Assembly: GCA_904419875.1 (NCBI GenBank)
Contig: CAJFTG010000002.1
Coordinates: 24,039 to 88,038 of the forward strand
DNA from: Candidatus Avimonas caecicola
GTDB taxonomy: Bacteria; Bacillota; Clostridia; Oscillospirales; Acutalibacteraceae
Direction of reading: 5' to 3'
DNA length: 64,000 nucleotides
The notes beneath the pieces were generated by a model. The model had not been told where the DNA came from, searched no databases, and worked only from the letters and a program-made list of their open reading frames with translations. This document shows, in pieces, positions 17,556-25,569 of the stretch (within the stretch, counting starts at the first letter, position 1; each line of letters starts with the position of its first letter). Position numbers and translations under genes: made by a program.

Positions 17556-20452
17556 CGGTCGACCTCCTCGCCGGTGACGACTTCAAACGGCCTGACGATG
17601 TGGCCCTGCGCATCCATATAGCCGAACTCCTGCAGCTTCAGGGCAATTTCCCGGTTGCAGGTCAGAATCGCCTTGTCCAGCGCGGCGCGCGGCGTCTCCC
17701 CGCTGTAAACCACGCTGTTCCAGGCGTTGGACAGCTCGCGCTCCACCGCATAGTAGGCCGGGTTGCGGGGGACCTCCTTCGTCTGTTCAATCTGCTCCAG
17801 AATGATCGCCAGATCCTCCGGGTCGAACGCGGTGCTCTCCCTGAGCGCGGTGAGGTTGGCGGTGTTCCAGATATACTCCGGCCCGTTTTTCAGATACAGC
17901 TCCCGGGTATAGTCCGCCTGGGTCCCGGCGGACAGCCACCATTTCAGGAATTCCCAGCCCTCCTGATGCTTGTCGCTGTCCTGAAGCATGACGCAGCCGG
18001 TGCTGACCGCCAGCTGGCTGCGGTTGATGCTGCCGTCCTCCTGCTCCACGCCCACCGACGGGGCGATCCCCCACTGCCCCTTGATTTCCGGGGCGGCGTT
18101 CTGCAGAAGGATGTAGGTGGAGATATCCGACATGCCGATCGGGGTGACGCCCTTTTTAAAATTGTTGTAGAAGTTGGGGATCGACACGGGCAGGCTGTAC
18201 CGGGTGTACAGGTCGGTCATCAGGGTAAAGGCTTCGACGGTGTCCGGGTCGCCCAGCAGTACCTGGCTGCCGTCCTGCGAGTACAGCTTTCCGCCGAACT
18301 GGTTGATAAAGGGCATGGTCGCCCCGAAATGCTTGAGGGATTCCAGATTGGCAAGATAGGTGTTGTAGCTCATGCCGTACCGGCTGAGCACCGGCAGGAT
18401 CTCCAGCACCTCGTCCCAGGTCTGCGGCACCTCCAGCCCCAGGCTCTCCAGGATGTCCCTGCGGTAAAACTGCACCACGAAATTGCAGGTTTCGGGCAGG
18501 CCGAAGCACCGGTCGTCAATGCAGAAAATCGTAATCATTTCGGAATGAAAATCCCGGATGAATTCCCCGAAATCCGGGAACTGCCGCAGGTCGCACAGCG
18601 CGCCGCGCAGCCCGAAGTCAAACGGCCGGTAGGTGGTGGTGCCGAGCACCACATCGGGAGCGCTGCCGGCCGACACGGCAAAAAGCAGCTTCTGTTCGTC
18701 CGCCATGATGGAAAAATTGACGTTCCCCCCGTAGCTTCGCTCCGCCAGCTCCCGCAGGGCCTCCACGTGGAAGGTGGAACGGCCGACCCAGACGTTCAGC
18801 TCCTCCTCGGAGGTGGCGGAGGCGAGGTCGTAGTCCGCCACAAAGGTGTAGAACAGTTTTTCCACCTGCTTCCACAGCCCCTCGAAAAAGCCGGCCTCAT
18901 GGTGCCGCAGGTCCTCGGTGCGCGGGGACAGCAGGATTTGGTCGATCCCCATGGGCTGGTCGAGCAGGTCGTCCATAATCAGCGACACCCGCTCGGCGAC
19001 CGAGCCGCTGCCCTGGGAGAAGTAGGCGATGTTGTTGATGAAATAATCCAGATCCTCGGCGTACCGCCGCAGGGTGGAGGCCGCCACCTGCAGGTCGGCC
19101 ACGGCGGATATGGTCCGCTTTTCAGCCAGGGAGGCGATCGTCTCATAGGCGGAGCCGACCATCCCCGCGATGGACGACAGCTCCGACCGGATGTCGGGAA
19201 GGAACTCTTCCAGGTTCCAGTCCCGGTCTTTGTCCACCTTGTTGCCGGTCACCTTTTTGACCTCGAGCGCGATGCGGTTGATCTCGTTGACCGCTTCCTG
19301 CAGCGTTTCGTAGGTTTCGAACAGCGGCGAGGCGGTGCTTTCCAGGGTCAGGGTATGCTCGCCCTCCGCCAGGTAAATCCCCGCCGGGCCGCCCCCGGCG
19401 CTGACGACCGCCGTATCCAGGCCGTGCCCGGTATAGGGGAACGGGTAGCTCTGCAGCTCCGCAAAGGGGGTTTCCCCGTCGATGCGGATGTTTTTGAACA
19501 CCGGCATGCTGGACTTTTCAGACTGGCTGTAGCGCAGGCCCAGATAATACACGCCGCTCTGTTCCACCCGGAACGTATAGGTGACGGCGTTGCCCGGCTC
19601 CGCCCACATGGCGGCGGAAAGCATATTGATCCGACTGGAGGCGGGGGAATACGGGGTGCAGTTGTAATCCCGCGTCTTCTCTCCCCGTATGTAGGAGTGA
19701 GACTTCCAGGCATACTTCTCCCCTTCCAGCACAATGGCGGGGGCCTGTGACGCGCCGCCCTCCCCCACGCCGGCCGTTTGGGCATACTGCGCGTAGGACG
19801 GAGGGGCCTCCCAGGCGCCGAAGCGGATCTCCCGCACCTGGCAGGAAACGTTGTTTGACTGGATGTCGATGGTGTTGGACCCCTGCTCCAGCTCGAAGAC
19901 CAGGGGGACGTTGAGGTTGTAGACCGTGCTGTTGAGAGCCGCCGTCTGCCAGGTCGGCACATGCTCCGGCAGCGGGTACACCTCGTTGTGGAAGCGGTCG
20001 GTTTTATACTCCTGCGACTCGTCCCTCCACACCGAGGGAAGGGTGATCTCCCGGCTGTCGGTAAAGGGATATTCCCCGTTGATCTGCACGGAAACCGACA
20101 GGTCCTGGGTGGTCTCCTCCGGGATGCGGTAATCCAGAAAAAGGATGTACCCGCCCGCCGCGGCGCAGTCCACCGTGAAGGAAAGCCGGGCCTGGGGCTC
20201 CAGCGTGAGATACGGCCCGTCCCCGTCCGCCTCCCCGGACAGGCTGACGCCGGACGCCTCCGCCGTCAGCCGGATCTCCCCGGGCGACACGGCAAACGCC
20301 GCGTCAGACGATACCAGGTTGTCCGGCCGGTCCTGCTGCCACTGATAATAGGACGGAAGGGTTTCCGCGGTCAGCGCGCCGGCGGGAAACGCCGGGCAGA
20401 TGAAAAGCACGGCCGCCGCCGCGGCTGCCATGCGCCTGATTCGGCTTCGCAA
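17534..20452 (-). CDS. Giant (~970 aa) extracellular solute-binding protein with two N-terminal CBM6/35-like modules
   Basis: My preferred start is the TTG at 20452, 7 nt after GGGAGG. It gives the signal peptide (M)[27 protein letters not shown]. An alternative ATG lies at 20431, and the ORF-track start at 20590 lacks a signal peptide. There are two beta-sandwich-like modules (…[12 protein letters not shown]… and …[12 protein letters not shown]…), a helical linker, then a family-1 SBP domain in the C-terminal ~430 aa. Confidence 0.8.
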   Translation of the reverse strand: MRSRIRRMAAAAAAVLFICPAFPAGALTAETLPSYYQWQQDRPDNLVSSDAAFAVSPGEIRLTAEASGVSLSGEADGDGPYLTLEPQARLSFTVDCAAAGGYILFLDYRIPEETTQDLSVSVQINGEYPFTDSREITLPSVWRDESQEYKTDRFHNEVYPLPEHVPTWQTAALNSTVYNLNVPLVFELEQGSNTIDIQSNNVSCQVREIRFGAWEAPPSYAQYAQTAGVGEGGASQAPAIVLEGEKYAWKSHSYIRGEKTRDYNCTPYSPASSRINMLSAAMWAEPGNAVTYTFRVEQSGVYYLGLRYSQSEKSSMPVFKNIRIDGETPFAELQSYPFPYTGHGLDTAVVSAGGGPAGIYLAEGEHTLTLESTASPLFETYETLQEAVNEINRIALEVKKVTGNKVDKDRDWNLEEFLPDIRSELSSIAGMVGSAYETIASLAEKRTISAVADLQVAASTLRRYAEDLDYFINNIAYFSQGSGSVAERVSLIMDDLLDQPMGIDQILLSPRTEDLRHHEAGFFEGLWKQVEKLFYTFVADYDLASATSEEELNVWVGRSTFHVEALRELAERSYGGNVNFSIMADEQKLLFAVSAGSAPDVVLGTTTYRPFDFGLRGALCDLRQFPDFGEFIRDFHSEMITIFCIDDRCFGLPETCNFVVQFYRRDILESLGLEVPQTWDEVLEILPVLSRYGMSYNTYLANLESLKHFGATMPFINQFGGKLYSQDGSQVLLGDPDTVEAFTLMTDLYTRYSLPVSIPNFYNNFKKGVTPIGMSDISTYILLQNAAPEIKGQWGIAPSVGVEQEDGSINRSQLAVSTGCVMLQDSDKHQEGWEFLKWWLSAGTQADYTRELYLKNGPEYIWNTANLTALRESTAFDPEDLAIILEQIEQTKEVPRNPAYYAVERELSNAWNSVVYSGETPRAALDKAILTCNREIALKLQEFGYMDAQGHIVRPFEVVTGEEVDRWKEGQP

Positions 20453-20522
20453 GACAGGGCCTCCCTTCTCGGATGCCTCTGCCGCCCGCCGCTGGCGGGC
20501 GGCAGAGGCCTTCGTTTTCTCG

Positions 20523-22010
20523 TCAGCCGGTGATATCCTTCCAGGCGGTTTCCGTGGTCGCGTTGATGGTGTCCTGGAGGTTCTGCGCAATGTCCGCCGC
20601 CGTCTGGGAGCCGGTGTACAGGATATTCTGCGTCACCTGATTGGTGACCAGGTTCTCCCAGGTGTTGTTGTACTCCGGCACAATCCGCCAGCAGTCCACA
20701 TAACCGCGGTCAAAGTTGTCCAGCATATAATCGATGCCCGGCTTGTAGCCGACATCCATGCTCTTCCACAGCTCCACGGCTTCGGGGTCGCTGATGGGCA
20801 GCAGGGACAGGGATTCGATCGCGTCCGGCAGGTCGGCGGCGATGTCCGGGTATTTCTCCGCCGTCGCCTGTTTGTCGTAGCTGTTGATGATGTCCACCTT
20901 GTCGCGGTAGCCCTCCAGGTCATAGCTCATATAGCGGATAAGCTCCCATGCCTCCTCCGGGTGCTCGCAGCTGGTGGTGATGCCGTAGTAGTCCACGCTC
21001 AGGCCGGGACGGGACACGTCGCCTTCACCGGAGGAGGGGAAGGGATAATAGTCCCACTCAAAACCGGTGTAGGCGGGATCGGTTTTGTCGAAGCGCAGCG
21101 TCCAGGAGAAATCCTCCTGAAAGGCGACCCGGCCGAGCGCCCAGGGGTTCTCGGTGGTGCCGACCGTCTGCATGAGATAATCGTTGCGCTTCTCGATAAC
21201 CTCCGTCTGCTCCGCCGACCCTTCCTCAAAGTTGGCGGGCAGGCCGATCGCGTCGATATTCTCCCAGATCACATAATCCCGGTCGACGATCTCCTTCATC
21301 AGGTTCACCGTCTCGATCCATTCTTCCCCCAGGGTATATTTTTGGGTCGAGTAGTTGTAGGCCGCCCAGCCGAAATCATCGTTCATCTGGGCCGGCAGGT
21401 GCTTCATCAGCCAGATGATGTTGTTGGCGCCGATGGATTCGCCCTTGACCGAGGCCGCCTCCATGATGTCCATGAAGTCGTCGATGGTCCAGTCGTACCC
21501 CGGCTTCTCGATATTCAGGTCTTCCAGCAGCGTCAGGTTTACCTTGACGCCATGCAGGAACACGTTGCTGGGAAGCACGTACAGCTTGTCGCCAATCGAA
21601 CCGAACTGAATGAAGTTTTCGTATATCGCCTGATTTTCGTCCTGCTCATAGTATGGCTTCAGATCGATGAGCCATTCGTTTTTAACGGGGGTGTACACGT
21701 TTTCGACATTGATGATATCCGGCATTTTATCCGCCGCCGCCAGCTGCGCCAGATCTTCGGTGCCGAGCCATTTGCCCTCCTCCGCCAGCTCAACTTTGAT
21801 GTTCGGATGCTTTTCGGTGAATTTTTCCATCCAGGGGGCTTTCAGGGCGTTGACCTCCCAGCTCGCCAGCGTCAGGGTGACGGGTTCGCCGTCTCCGCCG
21901 CCCGTTCCCTCGGAACCGGTCCCGCCCTCTCCGGGCTTACAGCCCGCGGCAAAGCCCATGACCAGAGTGGCCGCACAGGCCAGACCGAGCAGTCTTGCGA
22001 TTTTCTTCAT
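20523..22010 (-). CDS. Extracellular sugar-binding lipoprotein (ABC SBP), first gene of the operon
   Basis: The ATG at 22010 is preceded by GGGAGAGG. Lipobox MKKIARLLGLACAATLVMGFAAGC followed by a Gly-rich linker. 495 aa. Confidence 0.88.
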   Translation of the reverse strand: MKKIARLLGLACAATLVMGFAAGCKPGEGGTGSEGTGGGDGEPVTLTLASWEVNALKAPWMEKFTEKHPNIKVELAEEGKWLGTEDLAQLAAADKMPDIINVENVYTPVKNEWLIDLKPYYEQDENQAIYENFIQFGSIGDKLYVLPSNVFLHGVKVNLTLLEDLNIEKPGYDWTIDDFMDIMEAASVKGESIGANNIIWLMKHLPAQMNDDFGWAAYNYSTQKYTLGEEWIETVNLMKEIVDRDYVIWENIDAIGLPANFEEGSAEQTEVIEKRNDYLMQTVGTTENPWALGRVAFQEDFSWTLRFDKTDPAYTGFEWDYYPFPSSGEGDVSRPGLSVDYYGITTSCEHPEEAWELIRYMSYDLEGYRDKVDIINSYDKQATAEKYPDIAADLPDAIESLSLLPISDPEAVELWKSMDVGYKPGIDYMLDNFDRGYVDCWRIVPEYNNTWENLVTNQVTQNILYTGSQTAADIAQNLQDTINATTETAWKDITG

Positions 22011-22250
22011 TGCGTACCTCTCCCTTTCCTTGCAGAGCATTGTGTTTTCGGCGTTTCAGGGAAAACCCCGGAACCATTGTCCGTTACTTCCGGGGCAGCG
22101 ATTCCCTGAATTGGTTTCCCCGGGGACGTTTCCTCAAGGTCGTTCCCCTTTGTCCGCGTTTATGATTTCCTTTTTCCCGCTTTTCAGCCATATCCGCCGG
22201 TTGCGGCGGATATGGCCGTCCGCTCTGGCCGCCACCTCCCTCTTTTCAAA

Positions 22251-22270
22251 AATAACATCGATGTCACAAC
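22251..22270. promoter_or_regulatory. Candidate LacI-family operator (site a): aataACATCGATGTcacaac
   Basis: 10-bp perfect palindrome ACATCGATGT with a central CG. It shares A(C/T)AT(C/T)GATGTC with the sites at 22438..22457 and 24064..24081. Confidence 0.45.
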
Positions 22271-22437
22271 CGACAGAAAAAGCCGCCGGGTTGTGGGTTT
22301 GATAAAGGGTTTTCCTTAGTTTTTTTCCTGTATTACATGGTTGTTTGTGATAATTCACAACAAATCCTTTTTCTCCTTCGGTTCTTCCCGGCTTCTTCTC
22401 CGGTCTTCCCTCATCGATTCTCCCCTTTCAAGAAAAA

Positions 22438-22457
22438 AGTGATATCGATGTCTTACC
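22438..22457. promoter_or_regulatory. Candidate LacI-family operator (site b): agtgATATCGATGTcttacc
   Basis: Same ATCGATGTC core as site a. A weaker tcATCGATtc lies at 22411..22420. Confidence 0.4.
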
Positions 22458-22532
22458 AGCCTCAAATCAAGCACAATTCTCGCCGGCAGCCGGTATGCAC
22501 CGCTGCCAAGAATTGTGCTGCACAGCCGGGTC

Positions 22533-22559
22533 CCACGGATTCCACGGGTTCCACGGGTT
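22533..22559. repeat. 3 x 9-bp tandem repeat (ccacggatt ccacgggtt ccacgggtt)
   Basis: Read directly from the sequence, inside the long leader of the SBP operon. Confidence 0.9.
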
Positions 22560-22604
22560 CCTTGGCCCCTTTGGATTTCCCGGTTTCCTCCATAATTCGT
22601 TTTC

Positions 22605-22633
22605 AGTATAGTACGCCACGTTTTATTTGTCAA
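22605..22633 (-). promoter_or_regulatory. Near-consensus sigma-A promoter for the ten-gene ABC/Yip1 operon
   Basis: The minus strand reads TTGACA-17 nt-TATACT (-35 at 22633..22628, -10 at 22610..22605). It lies 25 nt downstream of the LacI stop and about 590 nt upstream of the first start codon. Confidence 0.6.
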
Positions 22634-22657
22634 CAGATTTTTTAAATTTGATCGGTT

Positions 22658-23668
22658 TTATTTGTAATCAATCACAGATTCACGGCAAATTAACTCGGGT
22701 TCGATGAGCAGGCTTTTGCGGAACTCCCGATGGCCGCGTATCCGCTCAAACAGCAGCTCGGCCGCCATGGCGCCAATGGTTTCCTGCTTCATATCCACCG
22801 ATGTGAGGTTCGGGTACACGCAGGTGCAGAAATCCGTATTGTCCAGCGTGACAAGGGAAAGGTCCGCGGGAATTCGCAGGCCCTTTTCATGGCAGACATC
22901 GGCCACCCCCACCCCCATCAGGTCGTTGGCGGTCACCACGGCGGAAACCGGCCGCCCGGATTCCAGAAATTCACGGAATCGGTCCCGCGCAAGGCCGCGT
23001 CGGAAATCGGCTGTCAGGAAATATTCCTCGCGGAAGGACAGGCCGTTGGCCTCCAGCGCTTTAATATAGCCGCTTAACCGCTCGCGGCCGGTCTGCTCTT
23101 CCCGGCTGCCGCCCACGAAAACCACGTCGCGGTGTCCGCGGCGGATCAGGTGATTGGCGGCGAGATACGTCGCCTTGATATGATCGACATACACGCAGTC
23201 AAAGTTGCTTTTTTCGCTGTAATCCTCAAAGAAATTCGTCAGCACCACCGGTACGGCGCAGCGTTTGATCCGCTCGACCAGCGGCTCGGTGAAGTTGAAC
23301 GATACCATAATCAGGCCGTCGGCATATTTTTCCCGCATCGAGTCCACCGTCTGCATTTCCTTTTCGGCGCAGTGATTGCTGGAAACCAGAATGGTGCGGT
23401 ACCGGTATTTTTCGCACACATCGCTGACCCCTTGGATCATGCGGAAATAGAAGGGGTTGTAAATATCCGGAATGCAGAGCAGGATTTTGTTGGTGATGTT
23501 GCTGCGCAGGGTTTTGGCCGCCTGGGACGGGACGTAGTTCATCTCCTTGGCGGTCTTCAGCACCAGCTCCCGCGCCTTCTGGCTGCAGTAGCCCCGGCCG
23601 CTGAGCGCCCGCGCCACGGTCGAGGGCGAAAGCTTCGTTTTCTTGGCGATTTCATAAATATTGCTCAT
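22658..23668 (-). CDS. LacI-family transcriptional regulator
   Basis: ATG at 23668. N-terminal HTH MSNIYEIAKKTKLSPSTVARALSGRGYCSQKARELVLKTAKEMNYVPSQAAKTLRS plus a periplasmic-binding-protein-like sugar-sensor fold. The ORF-track extension to 23881 is Arg/Gly-rich junk. Confidence 0.92.
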   Translation of the reverse strand: MSNIYEIAKKTKLSPSTVARALSGRGYCSQKARELVLKTAKEMNYVPSQAAKTLRSNITNKILLCIPDIYNPFYFRMIQGVSDVCEKYRYRTILVSSNHCAEKEMQTVDSMREKYADGLIMVSFNFTEPLVERIKRCAVPVVLTNFFEDYSEKSNFDCVYVDHIKATYLAANHLIRRGHRDVVFVGGSREEQTGRERLSGYIKALEANGLSFREEYFLTADFRRGLARDRFREFLESGRPVSAVVTANDLMGVGVADVCHEKGLRIPADLSLVTLDNTDFCTCVYPNLTSVDMKQETIGAMAAELLFERIRGHREFRKSLLIEPELICRESVIDYK

Positions 23669-23905
23669 TTGTCTTCCATCCCGCGTTTCGTCCCCGCAAT
23701 TGTGTTCTTCCGCGTCCCTTTGCGTGCTTGTGAGCGCTTTTTCGCCGCTTATGTTTCTTCCGCTTCCCCGCGCGCCTGTTTGCCGCTGTATACGGCGTTT
23801 TCCGCCTGCCCTTCCGGCCCTTCCGCCCCTGCCGGACGGACGGGCCGGCCGTACCCAAAGCCTGCGCCGGGAGCCCGGCAAAGCTTTCCCGCAGCTCTTT
23901 TTTGG

Positions 23906-23935
23906 ATTATATCACACGCCTGTTTCACATGTCAA
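23906..23935 (-). promoter_or_regulatory. Near-consensus sigma-A promoter for the LacI gene
   Basis: The minus strand reads TTGACA-18 nt-TATAAT with an extended -10 (TGaTATAAT). It lies about 230 nt upstream of the LacI ATG. Confidence 0.6.
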
Positions 23936-24031
23936 CTTGAAAACAAGGCAAAATTATCGGCGTTTTTTATAATTATATCCTTTCAATATTGGGTATTATC
24001 CATGATTATCTATAAGAATTTGATTTTCTGC

Positions 24032-24060
24032 TTGACAATTTTCCTTTCTGCATGTATTCT
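24032..24060 (+). promoter_or_regulatory. Sigma-A promoter for the GH172/DUF4185-like operon
   Basis: TTGACA (24032..24037), 17-nt spacer, TATTCT (24055..24060). The operator-like palindrome starts 4 nt downstream. Confidence 0.55.
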
Positions 24061-24063
24061 GAA

Positions 24064-24081
24064 TGTAACATTGATGTCACA
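24064..24081. promoter_or_regulatory. Candidate LacI-family operator (site c): TGTAACATTGATGTCACA
   Basis: 14 of 18 positions are self-complementary. It shares the ACAT(C/T)GATGTCACA core with site a and overlaps the predicted transcription start. Confidence 0.5.
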
Positions 24082-24424
24082 AGCGCAGAGGAACCGCGGG
24101 CTGTATGGAAACATATGGCCTTTTTTTGCTGCCCGAAATCGTCAGCCCCCGGCCGCAGCCGCAAATGCCGCAGAAACAACCGCAACCAACGGGAAGCGGC
24201 GAAAACGGCGGCGGGGGCAGCTGGAGGAGGCAGGGGCGGCAGAGGAGGCAGGAAGCGGCGGGGAGAGCAAACGGGCACACGTCCCCGCGCAGGGAAGGCC
24301 GCCTGCCTGCGGCGCGCCGGCGCGGCGGCCCCCGCCTGTATACCTGAAAATCCACGACCCGACGGAAGGAGCCGGGGGCCAGCCCCGCCGTCCTTCCGGC
24401 AGAGAAGAAAGGAACGGTCAACTC

Positions 24425-25513
24425 ATGAATTTCAACGGAATCTGCACCTCGCTGGGAGACCTGACAACCCTGTCGGACGCCCGCTCCCGCTCCATCTGTC
24501 CGGAAAACCCCACCGGGGAAAAGGGGAAAGGCGGCATGTGCCCGCTGGAAAAGGGAAGCGCTTACCGCGCCGCCCGTGACCTTGGCACCGGCTGGAAGGT
24601 CAATCCCTATGTCGTGATCCCTGCCGGCGAAACCTTTGAACTGGCGGCGATCGAAGGGATGGGCTGCATCCAGCATATCTGGATGACCCCCACCGGGAAA
24701 TGGCGCAACGCCATCCTCCGGATCTATTGGGACGGCCAGGCGCATCCCTCGGTGGAAGCGCCGGTGGGCGATTTCTTCTGTTCGGGCTGGAACCGGTACG
24801 CGCAGCTGAGCTCGCTGGCCGTCTGTGTGAACCCCGGCAGCGCCTTCAACTGCTATTGGCAGATGCCGTTCCGGAAAAGCTGCCGGATTACCCTGGAAAA
24901 CCGCGACGAGGAGCCGGTCACCTATTATTATCAGATCGATTACACCCTGACCGGGATCCCGGAGGACTGCGCCTATTTCCACGCCCGCTTCCGCCGGGTC
25001 AACCCGCTGCCGTACAAGGAGGTATACACCATCCTGGACGGCGTGAAGGGCCGCGGCCATTATGTGGGCACCTACATGGCCTGGGGCGTCAACAACTGCG
25101 GCTGGTGGGGCGAAGGCGAAATCAAGTTCTATATGGACGGCGATAAGGAATATCCCACCATCTGCGGCACCGGCACGGAGGATTATTTCTGCGGCTCCTA
25201 CAACTTTGAAAACCCCGTCACCCACGACGGCTATGTGGCCTTCACCACGCCGTACTCCGGCCTGCACCAGGTGATCGTCCCCGACAGGCTGTATGCCAGC
25301 CAGATGCGGTTCGGCATGTACCGCTGGCACATCACCGACCCCGTCCGCTTCGAAAGCGACCTGCGGGTGACCATCCAGGCCCTGGGCTGGCGGGAAGGCG
25401 GCCGCTACCTGCCTCTGCAGGACGACATCGCCTCGGTAGCCTACTGGTACCAGACGCTGCCCTCCGTCCCCTTCCCGCCGCTGGCCGGTAAGGACGAGCT
25501 TGAAGTCATTTGA
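24425..25513 (+). CDS. DUF2961 / glycoside hydrolase family 172 protein (cytoplasmic, no signal peptide)
   Basis: The ATG at 24425 follows GAAAGGAACGG. Sequence MNFNGICTSLGDLTTLSDARSRSICPENPTGEKGKGG...GMGCIQHIWMT...ILRIYWDG...VEAPVGDFF... and the later WWGEGEIKFYMDGD...PTICGTGTEDYF match my memory of DUF2961. The ORF-track start at 23132 is an artefact. Confidence 0.8.
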   Translation: MNFNGICTSLGDLTTLSDARSRSICPENPTGEKGKGGMCPLEKGSAYRAARDLGTGWKVNPYVVIPAGETFELAAIEGMGCIQHIWMTPTGKWRNAILRIYWDGQAHPSVEAPVGDFFCSGWNRYAQLSSLAVCVNPGSAFNCYWQMPFRKSCRITLENRDEEPVTYYYQIDYTLTGIPEDCAYFHARFRRVNPLPYKEVYTILDGVKGRGHYVGTYMAWGVNNCGWWGEGEIKFYMDGDKEYPTICGTGTEDYFCGSYNFENPVTHDGYVAFTTPYSGLHQVIVPDRLYASQMRFGMYRWHITDPVRFESDLRVTIQALGWREGGRYLPLQDDIASVAYWYQTLPSVPFPPLAGKDELEVI

Positions 25514-25569
25514 GCGGCCGCCGGGGAAAACGCCCGGATGAAACCGCAACGGAGAAAGGGTCTGTTAGA

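Noticed and set aside
22346-22359. CRP/FNR-like box TGTGA-taat-TCACA.
   Set aside because: The spacer is 4 nt rather than the 6 nt required by the TGTGA-N6-TCACA consensus. I mention it only as part of the structured leader.
22462-22593. 43-codon Cys-containing ORF right after the operon promoter, as a possible RiPP precursor or regulatory leader peptide.
   Set aside because: It has no SD, and there are no modification enzymes nearby. It overlaps a tandem repeat and a hairpin that would explain the open frame by chance. I mention it only within the leader finding.
23921-23936. parS-like sequence TGTTTCACATGTCAAC in the LacI promoter region.
   Set aside because: Only the left half matches parS, and there are 4 mismatches in the right half. 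The match is explained by overlap with the -35 TTGACA (minus strand) and its spacer.
23132-24424. The 793-aa ORF 23132..25513 as a giant GH172 protein. Similar N-terminal extensions occur in ORFs 25510.., 27469.., 36282.., 44721.., 31330.. and 33713..35824.
   Set aside because: The extensions are low-complexity or antisense to real genes (the LacI gene). They cross mapped promoters and repeats. Internal start codons with good SD sequences give proteins of canonical length.
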